Shown piece after piece: positions 28,060 through 48,825 of a DNA stretch of 64,000 bases. Position 1 is the first letter of the stretch, and each line of letters starts with the position of its first letter. This DNA is from the human T2T-CHM13v2.0 reference genome, Homo sapiens. Both the position numbers and the translations under genes were made by a program. The notes beneath the pieces are model-generated. The model was not told the DNA's origin. It ran no database searches and saw only the letters and a program-made list of their open reading frames with translations. The DNA is taken from the NCBI RefSeq assembly GCF_009914755.1, contig NC_060927.1. One strand, written 5' to 3'.

Positions 28060-28440
28060 CAAATGAGAGAAAGTCATCCTAGACCTCTATTCCTCTTGAA
28101 CTCTCTTAGCCAATCAGTCAACAAATCCCCAGATGTATTAAATTGGCTTCTTCCCATTTTTACCAACTACGTTCCACTTTCCAACTTCAGATCCTCCCTG
28201 TATCTTGCCTGAACAACTGGCAGTGGTTTTATCTGGTGGCACTGCCTTTTGCTTTCACCATTCTTCCTGTTTCCATCAGAATGAGCTTCCTGAAACACAA
28301 GTCTGATCCTAATTACAATCCTTCCAAGACTCCACATCACCCAAAGGATAAAGTTCCAAACCTAACATAAAGCAAAATCCTTCTAACAAGGTTTGATGCC
28401 ACTTCTCCAGTCTCATCCTCACTGACTCCTGATTTATTCA
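28060..28440 (+). mobile_element. L2 fragment
   Basis: CCAATCAGTCAACAAATCC..CAGAATGAGCTTCCTGAAACACAAGTCTGATC..GGATAAAGTTCCAAAC. Confidence 0.55.
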
Positions 28441-29406
28441 TATTTCATGACTTCAGCACACTTCTGGAAATTCCCTCAGATGTCTCAACCAGCAAATGCA
28501 AGGAGAATCTGCTTAACTGTAGGACTTTAGAAGTTAGCAAGATAATTCCAAAGACCTCCTCTGTCAGCCACTGATCGGGGATCTTATCTTACACAGAATC
28601 TAAAGAGATAGAGACTCTCTAATCCACCTTGTTTTATTTTTACAGATGAGATCCTGAGTCCCAGCAGAATAAATTTACTTTATCTATGTTATGGTGGGCA
28701 ACAGCTTAAGTCTTCTGATTCTCATTCTAATGCTCAAAATCCAGTGAGAAGTGTGAACAGATCTGATAAACAAAAGGGTTGGGAAGGAGGAGGATATAGC
28801 CCCAGGGAGAAAGGGTCCAGAAAAGAGGATGCACATTCATTTCCCTAAATCAGACTCCAAAAGTGTAAAATTAAACCAAAAAAGCTTATGAAGGTTAGGG
28901 AGAAGAGAGACTAGAAACTTCAAAGGGGAAGTGGAGACGGAAGAAAAGAAATGGAGAAACAGGGAACTTAAGAAATCATCTGCTTGGGAGAGGGATGGGT
29001 CCAGGGCCAGGAACAAAGGACCCAGATGGTTTTAATGACCAAACTCTGCCTCATTACTTTCATCTGACTGCAGCAGGAACTGTCATCGGTGGTGAAGGCA
29101 CCACTGGTGCCTTGGAAGTTTCTCACTGAAGCTGGGATACTTTCCCACTTGCCAAATCTCACACCAAGAAGCCTGTTTACCCATTCTCAGGACTGTTCCA
29201 ATATTCAAGCCTAGGTTGAAATTTATAAAGTGAGTAACAGTCTCCGAAGTCTCCTTTGGTCCTGCCCATGATTTACTTTAAAATATAATTTATGTTGGAA
29301 TATGATTTCTGGCTTATCTCGGCCTGCTTGATAAAGCAAAGAATTGTTAACACCTGTGATAAATACAAAACTACCAACCAATGTGTGCTCAAAAAGAATA
29401 CTTTGA

Positions 29407-29728
<322 letters not shown>

Positions 29729-29807
29729 TTAAGGAAAATGGTAAAATTCATCTTGAAACAACTCTTCTCTCTTTTCTTCTTGCTGCCCAATCCCCGCGAA
29801 AGTTGAA

Positions 29808-30110
<303 letters not shown>

Positions 30111-30146
30111 TGAATTCTTAAGATATTCCAATGTTGGAGTTACCTA

Positions 30147-30665
30147 TGTTGGGGCTCAAAAACCAAAATACCAACATATGGCATTTTGACATGCTAAATT
30201 AAAAAAGTCTCAAGGTCTCTCTGATCTCCCTCCCTCCCTCCCACCCCCCACCACCTCTCCCAGAATCTTTATCTGCTTAAGATCCAAACCCACCAAAAGG
30301 AACAATTGTTTTTCTTCCCCTTCCAGTAAGACCAAGAATGTTACCACATCTGAACAGATCCTTTTACCTTCAAAGAGAAATAGATGCAGAACAAATTAAT
30401 GCCTGTTCCCAGATCTATTAATTCTCCCTTGTAATCCCCTCAACAGAATTTCTCTTCTCCTCCCATAGCCTGTTTTGCAGAGGTGGTATACAAGCTTCTA
30501 ACCACACTGGAGATGGGCAATTACTCTGAGATACTTCTCATGCATACATTGTACATGTGTTAAGTACATTTGTATGCCTTTTCTCTAGTTAATTTGCCTT
30601 TCGTGATTTGACTTTTCAGATAACTCTCAGAAGGCCAAAGAAAAAGCTTTCCCTTGACCCTCACA
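30147..30665 (+). mobile_element. Solo MER39B-like ERV1 LTR
   Basis: TGTTGGGGCTCAAAAACC..ATATGGCATTTTGACATGCT...CCCTCACA; 4-bp TSD CCTA (30143-30146 / 30666-30669). Confidence 0.8.
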
Positions 30666-30704
30666 CCTACAATTAATGAAATATTCAGAAACAAAAGGTT
30701 TCCT

Positions 30705-31010
30705 AGCCAGGCACGGTAGCTTACGCCTGTTATCTCAGAACTTTGGGGAGCCAAGGAGGGAGAATTGCTTGAGGCAAGGAGTTCGAGACCAGCCTGGCCA
30801 ACATAGCAAGACCCCCATCTCTATAAAAAATTTTAAAAATTAGCAGGGCATGATGGCACACTCCTATAGTGCTAGTTACTTGGGAGGCTGAGGAAGGAGG
30901 ATTGCTTGAGCCCAGGAGTTCAAGATTACAGTTAGCTGTGATCCTGCCACTGTATTCCAGTCGTGTAATGGAGTGAGACCCTGTCTCTAAATAAAAAAAG
31001 AAAAAAAAAA
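30705..31010 (+). mobile_element. AluJ
   Basis: Dimer; near-TSD AAAAGGTTTC / AGAGGTTTC. Confidence 0.9.
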
Positions 31011-31234
31011 GAGGTTTCTCCATAGGAACAAAACAGTAACGTAACTCCATGAATTCTGAAGTGAATCATTGGCCTTCCATAGACCCACCCAAATTTCTTT
31101 TCCAACAACTCGAGTTAATATCAGCAACATGAGATCCCAGACTGTGTTCTTTTTATTAGTTTGGAAAGAATGACTAATCCCTGTATTCTATTCTTGGAAA
31201 CTGTTATTTTCACCAACTTAGGAAGAATGGACTA

Positions 31235-31410
31235 ATACTAATAGTATCTAACATTTATAGCACTTTCACAGTTTACAAAGTCTTCTTCCATATAATCCTC
31301 ACAGCAGTTCCGAGCCGAAGTGACTTGCCATGGCTCACCTGTAGCTAAGTGGCACAGCTAGGATATAAACACAGGTTTTCTGAATCTGGCCTTCAGTTCT
31401 AACTGTGCAC
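31235..31410 (-). mobile_element. MIR fragment
   Basis: CTAACATTTATAGCACTTTCACAGTTTACAAAG..AAGTGACTTGCC..GTGGCACAGCTAGGAT. Confidence 0.6.
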
Positions 31411-31419
31411 TGGACAGGG

Positions 31420-31730
31420 CATGTAATGGTAGCTGCTGAAACTAATGACATCCATGTTTCAGTGGTGGAACGCAGTAAAGTTGATTCCTCATTCTTGTCA
31501 CAGCAATATGGGTTGATGGGGCTGGGGATTCTGCTCCATGTAGTCACGCAGAGACTCATGTTCTTTCTACCTGTGCATTAATATCTTCTACATGTGGCCT
31601 CCAAAGCTACTAGAGAATGGGAAATAGTGGGAGATCACACATGGGAGCTTTTTATGGGCCAGGCCTGGAAATGGCTCACATCACTTTTGCTCATGTCCTT
31701 TGGCCAAAACCCAATCTCAGCAAGGAAGGC
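31420..31730 (-). mobile_element. MLT1-type LTR relic
   Basis: CTGCTCCATGTAGTCAC..GGCCAGGCCTGGAAATGGCTCACATCACTTTTGCTCATGTCC. Confidence 0.55.
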
Positions 31731-32675
31731 CAAGATGTAATTCAACTGTTTTCCCAGATCCACAGCCTTGGGAAAGTAGAACTGAGAACTTTGTCTTTTA
31801 GTACTTTAGTTTATCAGGCCTCCGTGAAGTCCCTTCTGCTGAGGAGGCCATGCTGAGCAGTCTCTGGAAGTTTTTTATTTTCCTTCCCATGTGATCCTTT
31901 TGCTTCTCTGAGCTCCCAGAACTCCTCTTTCTTTATTCCTCCTACTTTTCAAACCTTTCTCAGAGGCTGTTTTAAGATATATAATGTTATCTTCTTATTT
32001 TCTGTAACTTTTCACTTGTGTATTTCTCCCTGACATGAAACATAAACTCTTTAAAAGCAGAATTGTATCTACTATTGCAATACTGTGAGATACATTTCCT
32101 CTAGTCACCTTAATCAACCCTCCACTTCATCCAAAGAAATTAAATTCTGCCAAAATTGATGGAGGCTTATTATGTACAAGGTGCTATGCTTGGTGCCATT
32201 GGAAGAAGCAAAGAGGAATTAGGAATGGGTCTTTAAAAGCTTGTAAAAAAAAAAGGCTATACGTGAAAGTACAATCAAGAATGTAGAAATACACTGATAA
32301 GAAAATATAGTTGGAAGAGGCTGATTCTGAATTGACGGAAAGGGGACTGGAAAAGTTTTCACTGAAGAAATTATAAACATGATAGAAGTAGCTAGCAGTT
32401 GTCGAACTTTTCCTATAAGCCAGGCACTGTATTGGAGTGTTTTATATATGTCACACCATGTCATTCTCATAACAATCTTATGAGAGGGCACTGTCATTGT
32501 TCCCATTAACCAAATAAGAACAAACATGGGGAGAATTTGCTATAAAGGACGTTTCTGGGTCAATTGGTGAGATGTCAATATGGACTGTAGATTAGATAGA
32601 TAATCGTATTATTGTATGAATGCTAAATCTCTTGATTTTGATCATTATTTTCTGGTTATATAAGGAATGTCCTTG

Positions 32676-33249
32676 TTTTTTTTTTTTTTGAGAAGGAGTC
32701 TCGCTTTGTTGCCCAGGCTGGAGTGCAGTGGTGTGATCTTGGCTTACTGCAACCTCTGCCTCCCAGGTTCAAGCAATTCTCTGCCTCATCCTCCCAAGTA
32801 GCTGGGATTACAGGCGCTCGCCACCACGCCCAGCTAATTTTTGTAATTTTAGTAGAGACTGGGTTTCACCATCTTGGCCAGGCTGGTCTTGAACTCCTGA
32901 CCTTGTGATCCACCTGCCTCAGCCTCCCAAAGTGCTGGGATTACAGGCATGAGCCATTGCACTTGGCCAGGAATGTCCTTGGTTTTTTTTTTTTTTTTTG
33001 GAGGTGGAGTTTCACTCCTGTTGCCCAGCAACCTCTGCCTCCCGGGTTCAAGCCATTCTCCTGCCTCAGCCTCCCGAGTAGCTGGGATTACAGGCATGTG
33101 CCACCATGTCCGGCTAATTTTGTATTTTTAGTAGAGACGGGGTTTCTCCATGTTGGTCAGGCTGGTCTTGAACTCCTGACCTCAGGTGATCTGCCTGCCT
33201 CGGCCTCCCAAAGTGCTGGCATTACAGGCGTGAGCCACCTTACCCAGCC
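32676..33249 (-). mobile_element. Two tandem antisense AluS copies sharing one target site
   Basis: GAATGTCCTTG at 32665, 32971 and 33250 brackets both copies. Confidence 0.93.
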
Positions 33250-33439
33250 GAATGTCCTTGTTAATAGGAAATTTACTCTGAAGTATTTAGGAATAAAGGG
33301 GCATGATGTCATAAATTTCCTCTCAAATACTTCAGAAAACTGTAATAATTAGATGTGTGTGCATTCATGTGTATGGAGAGAGAGAGAGAGAAGGAAAGAA
33401 TGATAAAACAAATGCAGCAAAATGTTAACAATTGGTGAC

Positions 33440-33804
33440 ATATGGCAGGTTGGGCTGCTATAACAGAATACCACGGACTAGGTGGCTTACACAACAGAAG
33501 TCTATTTTTTTTATAGTTCTGGAGGATGGAGGTCCAAGATCAAGGTACAGCATGATCAGGTTCTAATAAGAACTCTCTTCCTGGCTTACAGATGGCTGTC
33601 TTCTTACTGTGTTCTCACATGGCAGGGGGGTAGCAAGTTCTCTGGTGCCTCTTCTTCTAAGGGCACTAATTCCATTATGAGACCCAACTCTCATGACCTC
33701 ATCTAAACCAAATCACCTCCTAAAGGCACCAGGCTAAATACCATCACACTGAGGGTTGGGGCTTTAACATATGAATTGTGGGGAGACACCATTCAGTCCA
33801 TAGC
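33440..33804 (-). mobile_element. MLT1A-type MaLR LTR
   Basis: GGGCTGCTATAACAGAATACCAC..GTCCAAGATCAAGGT..TCATGACCTCATCTAAACC..ATTCAGTCCATAGCA. Confidence 0.85.
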
Positions 33805-34276
33805 AGTGAGTGATGGGTATAGTGGAAATTTTGTACTATTTTTGCTACTTCCTGTAAGTTTAGAATTATTTAAAAATAAGAAGGTAAAAGAAAAAAGAAA
33901 AAACATTGGCATAAAGTGTTTTACCCAGGTCACGCAGCTGGTGAGTGGTAGGAAATGGTCTTTTCCTATGTTCTTTAGAACCCACTCTCTTAGATGCTGC
34001 ACGGACACAGATGCTTTGTGACTTCTCATATCCTCTGGCATGGTCCACCTCCTCAATCATACCGCAGCTGAGGACAAACTAGGCCCTCCCCCTTGGCTAG
34101 TGCTCTGCAGCTGGATCAAGCAGACGCTCTTCCAGAATGTCTGGCTTCTCCCACTGCTTCCGGATTTGGATGAAATGCTGTGCTGCAGGGCATAGGATCA
34201 GATAGGCAAAAGGAAAGAATGATACAAGCAGGAATGCAAGGTAGTTTCTGCCTGCAGAGCAAACTTTCGCCAATTA

Positions 34277-34585
<309 letters not shown>

Positions 34586-34687
34586 CACTTTGGCCAACTG
34601 GAAGCGGGAGACAGGGTTTCGTCTACCTTCCTCTCTTCCATGGACTACCTCAATGTGAGAGAAGTTCTGTGTGCTGAGCAGGCACCC

Positions 34688-34917
34688 GCACAACAGAGTA
34701 AAACATTACTTTATATTGCAATTTTATATTATTATTGCACTTTATATATTACCTTAATATAGTATTATAATATTATAATTATATAACATTAATATATATT
34801 AATATATAATATATACATTATATTATTGCACTTTATATTGCACTTTATATATTACTTTATATTGTGCAATATATTACTTTATATTGCACAACAGAGTAAA
34901 ACATTACTTTATATTGC
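34688..34917. repeat. 32-bp direct repeat flanking a 166-bp AT-rich palindromic patchwork
   Basis: GCACAACAGAGTAAAACATTACTTTATATTGC at 34688-34719 and 34886-34917. Confidence 0.95.
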
Positions 34918-35050
34918 TCCACATCTTTTCTTGCCCCACTTCCCCTTTTCCCCATCCCAGCTGCTGTGGGTTTGCACTTCTCAAAGGAAGCATTAGCACT
35001 TTAATCCCTGCCTTGGGCTCTGTTTTCTAGAGTACTAGGGCTAATTAGAG

Positions 35051-35078
<28 letters not shown>

Positions 35079-35082
<4 letters not shown>

Positions 35083-35365
35083 CGGGCACGGTGGCTCCTG
35101 CCTGTAATCCCAGCACTTTGGGAGGCCGAGGGGAGGCGGGCGGATCACGAGGTCAGGAGATCGAGACCATCCTCGCTAACATGGTGAAACACCATCTCTA
35201 CCAAAAACACAAAAAATTAGCCGGGCGTGGTGGCAGGCGCCTGTAGTCCCAGCTATTCAGGAGGCTGAGGCAGGAGAATGGCGTGAACCTGGGAGGCGGA
35301 GCTTGCAGTGAGCTGAGATTGGGCCACTGCACTCCAGCCTGGGTGACAGAGCAAGACTCTGTCTC

Positions 35366-35397
<32 letters not shown>

Positions 35398-35683
35398 CGA
35401 GCACGGAGGCTCACGCCTGTAATCCCAGCGCTTTGGGAGGCCGAGGTAGATGGATCACCAGGTCAGGAGATCGAGACCATCATGGCCAACATGGTGAAAC
35501 CCCGTCTCTACTAAAAATATGAAAATTAGCCGGATGTTGTGGTGCGTGCCTGTAGTCCCACATATTCAGGAGGCTGAGGTACGAGAATCAGTTGAACCCA
35601 GGAGACGGAGGTTGCAGTGAGAATTGCACTCCAGCCTGATGACAGAGTGAGACACTCCGTCTCAAAAAAAAAAAAAAAAAAAA
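35079..35683 (+). mobile_element. AluY (about 35079-35394) followed by AluS (about 35395-35683)
   Basis: AluY diagnostics ATCGAGACCATCC and GAATGGCGTGAACC..GGAGCTTGCAG; long A runs on both sides. Confidence 0.92.
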
Positions 35684-35732
35684 GACTATGCTGTACTGCC
35701 CCTAATTTGAGCTGAGTCCTAAAGACAGGTAA

Positions 35733-36684
<952 letters not shown>

Positions 36685-36998
36685 CTAATGTTTATTAAAT
36701 ACTTATTAATACTATTTGCTCATCTTTGTACTAAGCATTTTTCATAAATTACTTCCTTTTATTCTATCAATAATCCTATGACATGGGTACTGTTATTATT
36801 CCCTAAAGCTTAGAATGGTTAATAAACTTGGTCAACGTTACACGGATTTTGAACCCTAGAATGCCACGCACTTTGCCACCAGAGCTAGTTTTAGGAACAT
36901 AATTTTGGGAAAAGTGTGAAAGCTAAAGACATTAGAAGTAGGGCTGCTCATAGTCAAAGATTTTTCCAGCTTTTTTTTTTTTTTTAAATAAAAGATAG

Positions 36999-37359
<361 letters not shown>

Positions 37360-37489
37360 TAGCTGTTCCATAAACACCTCAGGCTCACCCTCACCTGAGG
37401 GCCTTTGTACTTGGTGCTCCACATATCTGGAAATCCTCACCCCTCCCCTAACCACACCTAGCACTTCCTAGCTTCCTTCCCTGTTTCAT

Positions 37490-37862
37490 AGTAATCCTTG
37501 GGTTGCTATAACAAAATACTACAGACTGAGTGGCTTAGCAACAACAGAAATTTACTTGTTACAGTTCCAGAGGCTGGAAAATCCAACATCAAGGCTCCCG
37601 CAGATTAGAAATCTGTGGAGGGCCTGCTTCAGGTTCTTAGACAGCAGCTGTCTTCTTACTGTATCCTCAGATGGTGGAAGAGGCAAGGAAGCTCCCTGGT
37701 GTTCCTTTATATGGACAGAAATGTCATTCATGAGAGCTCTGCCATTATGTCCTAATCACCTCCCCAAAGACCCTACCTCTTAATACCATCGCCTTGGGGG
37801 TTGGATTTCAACATATGAATTTGTTGGGACGGGGGGCAGCAAAAACATACGCACCATAACAG
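37490..37862 (-). mobile_element. MLT1A/MSTD-type MaLR LTR
   Basis: GGTTGCTATAACAAAATACTACAGACTGAGTGGCTTA..CCTAATCACCTCCCCAAAG..TTTCAACATATGAATTT..ACCATAACA. Confidence 0.8.
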
Positions 37863-38083
37863 TCACTGTCTAACATACTGTGTCTTCTAACCAGCTCTTC
37901 TGTTTAGGATCTGTGTGCCTCCACCAGTAGAATGTAAGCTCTACTGTGTTCACTGTTGGGATGCTTTAGCATTCAAAACAATATCTGCCATATGGTTGAA
38001 ATTCAGTACAGTAAGTGGTTGTCAAGTTAATTAATTAACTTTTGGGGGTGATTGTTCTGCAAGGCACTTTGCTATTGCATTAG

Positions 38084-38468
<385 letters not shown>

Positions 38469-38479
38469 TAAATTACTTT

Positions 38480-38882
38480 TGTGATGCATAGGTCAGACCA
38501 TTCTTCAGGACTGAAGGTCTTATTTCCTCAGCTGACAGCCTTTTTGGGAGATTATCTCAGCTGAAGAGAGGTGCCTCGTCAATTGTCACAATTTTGTCTC
38601 AGGGCAGCCCAAATCCAGTGACTGATGTGTGTAAATTTTAGAGGCCCTGACCTCTTGCCTCGGTGTAGGACAATTCTGAAGTGTCCCCCATCTTTAGAAC
38701 TCCCGTGGGGTTGGCTGTGGCCTTCATCATGTCTGTGTGGTAGCTCCACTTCTTCCTGTGCCCAATTTTGCTTCATTTTCTTTCCTTCCACAGGTGTGGA
38801 TGGCAAATGCACTCCCCCATACACTTCCTGCACACTAACTCCATCTCAGAGGCTGCTTCCCAGGGAACCCTACCTGGGATAA
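38480..38882 (+). mobile_element. LTR16-type ERVL LTR
   Basis: CTTCAGGACTGAAGG..CAGCTGAAGAGAG..GGACAATTCTGAAG..CTGTGCCCAATTTTGCTTC..CTCCATCTCAGAGGCTGCTTCCCAGGGAACC. Confidence 0.75.
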
Positions 38883-39911
38883 CTCCCCACATCAAGATGC
38901 TTCTCTATTTCTGATGTTTAGACTCACAAAGACTGACTCTTTGTCATAAGAGGGAAAAACAGACTGCCTCCTGGAAAAGTCAATTAGCTTAATAAAGGCC
39001 AAGAGGTAATATACCTCGGAACTCTCAAAATCAATGGCACGCCATTACTGAGGAAATACAAAACATATCCAAGCAGTTCTAAAGAAAGGGATTGTTATCT
39101 TTGGGGTTTTGGGAATTTTAGTGTCATGTCCAGATAACATATACTCTTTTAACTGGGGCCTCCTGAAGATAGCTCATGCCCTTTTATGAGAATGCTGGGA
39201 AGACCATAGTCTTCTCTGTACCTTGGCATCTAAAAATAATCAGAGTTAATGGAGTCTAACTTTCGGGAAGCCTGAGGCAGGGAGGGGTAAAGTGAAGCAG
39301 TTACAGGTTTTTACACGTACTTCTGTGTTATTTCAACATTTCGGGAGAAAATATTTAGGTTTACTTTTCCAAGTCAAATCAACAAAAAATTTAAAGACTA
39401 AAATAAAATACATGTTTTCTGAACATCATTGAATCTGGGGACACAGGAGTCCACTCCCTGGCAGTGTGCCTGGTGTTGCCATTCCAGCCATTGCTCCCAG
39501 CTGCTACTCCCCATCAAATACATCTGAGCAGATCTCGAGACATCTTAGGTGCTGCTTCTAGATGTTCTGTGCTGACAACACAAAGACCAACCTCCTTACC
39601 ACAATATTGAATGCCTTTCACAGTCAAACTGCAACCAGATACTCCAGGTTCCATTGTAAGGCTTGGAACATTTTCTTTCCTCCCTGCCACTGACTTTCAG
39701 AACCACTTCCTGTTCCCTTCCCAACTCTTTGTTTTTGCATCTACTAAAATTCCTCTTTCTCTCTTCCTCTAATTCTGTGCCTGCTTTAATGGCACTTGTC
39801 TACCAGCCTTCGGACTCCCCCGGTTCCTCCATTCATCACTTCCACCTTTGTTCTCATGCAGCATCTTGTATTTATCGCATTTCAACCTTTTCTCTTTATT
39901 AAAAAAAATCA

Positions 39912-40600
<689 letters not shown>

Positions 40601-40929
40601 AAGTACATAGAGTGGCAAGAGTGAATCCCTTCACCCACGTTTTTATTCAGAAGCTGGTTGGTGGGGTTAGAAGAGGTACCCAGTACAGAAGTGCTCATTA
40701 TATTATTTTGTGTACATTTTTGTATCTGAACTATTTCATACAAAAGTAATAGTCTTTCATTTTCTTTGCCACTCATCCTGTTTGCTAGAAAAATGACTGT
40801 TAATAGTTTATTGGGTGCTCATTTTTCTAGAGTATTTGCCATGTTTCCAAACCTATAAATAGACACAAATATGTAATTTTTTATACACATGGAACCATAC
40901 TATACCTATTGTTCTATAATTTAAAATAA

Positions 40930-41725
<796 letters not shown>

Positions 41726-41753
41726 ATTTATTTTTAAATAAATTGAAAAATAA

Positions 41754-42246
<493 letters not shown>

Positions 42247-43075
42247 TAGGTTTTTTTTCAAATTTTTGAATTGTCTGTTTAGCTCCTACTAAACTTTGTA
42301 CTTCTTAGCCTCAAAACATCATATTCAGTAAAAAGTCATTATTGTTTCTGTCAGCAAAGAAGACCTATTTATATAAGAAAACGTTGGTGGTAACTCAAAG
42401 AAAGAAGATGGAAGGGTCCTGTAAGTGATGACAGAGGCATTTAGAGGAGGGAAGGTGCAGCAGGCTGGCACCAGATGATCAGGAAGGACTTGACGGAGGG
42501 GGTGGGCTTTTAAATTGAGCCTTGAAAGAATGGGTAGGGACTGGGACGACTGGGAGATTTTGATCCTTTCTGTTTCTAAAATGAAGAAGCCACCTCAGCC
42601 TGTTGGTGCTGGCATCGGCATTGTTGCTCAGCAGCCTGAGGGCTTGGAAACATGCCCACGCTGTCTGCTAAAGCCTTCTCCATCTGCCTTGCTTCACCCG
42701 AGGGAGCATGTAAAGGAAAGGCAGACACACTATTAAACAGGGCTTCCTGAAAACATAGATGGGTATGCTTGTGCGACTCCCAGGCAGACCCTGACCAAAA
42801 AAGGCAAGGAGGCCTGGCCTTCAAGAGCTCTTGTTCCCAAAATATTCTTTGCTTGTGAAAATCAAATAAATGCCAAAGGACTCATGGGGTAATTGCCTGA
42901 CAGCTCCTGGGGCTAAAATCTCATAACATTTCTTACCCTCTCTGGTACAGAAAACATCACGATACATCTCATCTTCTTCTACACTGATTTTTCTCATACT
43001 CAAGAACCACGTTAGTCACCTTAACTTCTGTAGGATCTACTCCTCAGAGTAACCCCGGTGTTGGTTGCTGAATGA

Positions 43076-44270
<1,195 letters not shown>

Positions 44271-44300
44271 ATGAACAAACACTGTTAGAAGATACTTCTC

Positions 44301-45100
<800 letters not shown>

Positions 45101-46169
45101 TTTCTACACCCCTTTCCAGGGAAAAATGTCCACAGGAGACCTGAATCCTCTCCATAGCATTTGTGACAACTGGTTGTTCCCATACCCACCCCACACCTGA
45201 ACTGAGAAGAAACTTAGTACATATCAGGGCAAATGATTTCATTGCTGGCAACTTCAAGTGTTGAAGTGCTTTCCCATGTATCCTAAAATCTCCCTGTCCC
45301 TACATTCCTCAGTGGCTGCTAGTTCAACTCTCTGGAGCTGCTCAAAACACCTAAAGCCTTTTCTGCATGTCAGCCTTTAAATATGTGAAATAGTCACAAT
45401 AGTCCCTCTGTATACCTGTGGTTCCCTGTTTTTTAAACATCTGCAATTCTTTCAACATAATGCTTACATGATATGATTTTGAGTTCCCAGCCATCCCTCA
45501 CACACCTAAGAAAAATTTTTTATAAAGGGAAAATAAAGTATCCACTAAGGACCATGTACTAAATTGCTTTTAAACACTGGCGTCCCTTCAACCCACATTC
45601 TTTAAATATGTGATGACAACATAGTGAGAAAAGAGGCTGGGCTTCCTTGGGGAGATGGATGGAGGATGAAGGTCGTTAACAAGGCTCAGTGTCCCCTCTA
45701 CATTCCAGCACAATTCAACTCTTGTTACAAACTTGCAAATACCTACAACAAAAGTAAAGCCCTGTAAGTAATTGTTGTATCTTCTCCAAAGGCATATTAG
45801 GGATTTGAGTTCTTGTTCTCTACCCTTACCCCAAATTGTTTATGAATATATTCCTTTCAGTCATGTGTAGCACTTTTCCTGAGTGGACTAGGGGAATTTG
45901 ATTTTCTCCATCTTGTTACATTTCTAGTACAGTCTTGTTGAGCCCCGTGCTCCTTTCACAGATTAATTCCTTTCCCAGCAGTTGCTCAGCTTTCCTGACA
46001 AGGCTTATAGTACTTTCTGTAATGCTCATTGCACCCCTTGGAGAAAAAGATTATTCCTGTTATATTACAGAAGAGGACATTGAGCCTCAAAGAAGTGAAT
46101 ATTTTTGTCTAAAGCTAAAATGGGAACCTAGGCTTGCCTGACTCTCAGCAATTTCTGTTATCTTTTTCC

Positions 46170-47045
<876 letters not shown>

Positions 47046-47187
47046 CCAAAATAATTGTAACAAATTGGTACTCCTCTCCCCAAGCTCTTCCCACAACAGT
47101 GCACAGATTACATTTTGGTATAGACACCACACATACCCACATCCACGCAATCATTTATTTTTTTCAGACCCATTTGCTCTCACAAAC

Positions 47188-47607
47188 TGATATGGTTTGG
47201 ATGTTTGTCCCTTTCAAATCTCATGTTGGAATGTGATCCCTAATGTTGGAGGTGGGGCCTAGTGGGAGGTGTTTGGGTCATGGGGGGCAGAACCTTCATG
47301 AATGGCCTAGTGCCATCCTAGTAATAATGAGTGAATGGTTGTTCTATTAGTTCACGAGACAGCTGGTTGTTAGAAGGAGACCAGCACCTCCTTTCTTCTC
47401 TCTCTTTTGTTCCCTCTCTTGCCATGTGACACACCTGCTCCCTCTTTGCCTTCTGCCATGAGTAAAAGATTCCTGGAGGCTCACCAGAAGCAGATGCTGG
47501 TGCCATGTGTCTGTAGCCTGCAAAACTATGAGCCAGATAAACTTCTTTTCTTATAGATTTCCCAGTGTTGGGTATTCCTTTATAGCAATGCAAAACGGAA
47601 TGACACA
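47188..47607 (+). mobile_element. MSTB-type MaLR solo LTR
   Basis: TGATATGGTTTGGATGTTTGTCCC..GTTGGAGGTGGGGCCTAGTGGGAGGTGTTTGGGTCATGGGG..GGTATTCCTTTATAGCAATGCAAAACGG. Confidence 0.88.
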
Positions 47608-47642
47608 CGCTTTGAGAGAAGCTGGGGCTGGGTCCGTATTAA

Positions 47643-47954
<312 letters not shown>

Positions 47955-47959
47955 TATAG

Positions 47960-48095
47960 TCTTTTTTATAAGTGAAGAAACTGAGACTCAGAGAGGCTAA
48001 ATGACTTATCTAAGATCATGCAGTGAGCCAGTGGATGGCAGATCTGGTAGAAGGACCCAGACACCGGGTCTTACGCCAGTGTTCTTTCCACTGTA
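47960..48095 (-). mobile_element. MIR fragment
   Basis: GAAGAAACTGAGACTCAGAGAGGCTAAATGACTTATCTAAGATCA. Confidence 0.7.
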
Positions 48096-48825
48096 TCTTG
48101 CTGGATTCCTGGGCTCATGACTCACCTTAATCAACAAGCTACATGATTCTCCAAAAAAGCTCATCTCTCTGGACTTTAATTCTCAACTACAAAATGAGGA
48201 AGTTGGCAACTATGATTCCAAAGGGCTCTTCCAAAACTTGTATTCAGGTGCTCCATGATATTGCTTCATAACTGTGCCTAGGACTGGCTAGGTTGACTCT
48301 AAGACCCTAATGAGAGAATGTCACATCAGTCAGCATGCACACACACACACACACACACACTCATGTACACACCTGTCATTAAAGTCTCTAGTGTTTTTGT
48401 GCTGAGAAGGAGCAAACATTGGTGACAACCCAAGAGTAATAAAATAATTGTGTAGATGCTCCGTACCCCATCTGTTCTATTCCTGTTTTTAAAACGAGTG
48501 CCATGTGCTTTAATCTTCTTGTCTTTTAGTCCCCAAACAAAATGAAATAAAGCAGTCTTTGCGTTGCTGCATTTCCAGTGACAATGAGACAACGGGCTCT
48601 GCACCAGTCCTGGGTCACTCACTGAGCTCTGCACTGGGGAGTGGGAAAGTGGAGGAGCTGAAAAGCCTGCCTCCTCCCATTTCTTAGGTGTGGAGACAAG
48701 GTTCAGACACAGCTCTGAGCCAAACATGTGTTCTCCCAGCTGGGGCCTATGGCTTCTCAAGATGTCAAACAGGGAAGTAGTATGTCCACACACTGATGTA
48801 TTACTGATAATTAATTTATCTCTCT

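Larger units (their letters stand above)
32535..33885 (+). mobile_element. L1ME-type 3' end interrupted by two Alus and an MLT1A
   Basis: GCTATAAAGGAC..AATATGGACTG..GAATGTCCTTGTT..CTGAAGTATTTAGG..GCAAAATGTTAACAATTGGTGA..TTTTGTACTATTTTTGCTACTTCCTGTAAGTTT. Confidence 0.75.

Noticed and set aside
48326-48793. 155-aa minus-strand ORF
   Set aside because: Non-ATG start, runs into a CA microsatellite, and no homology recognised.
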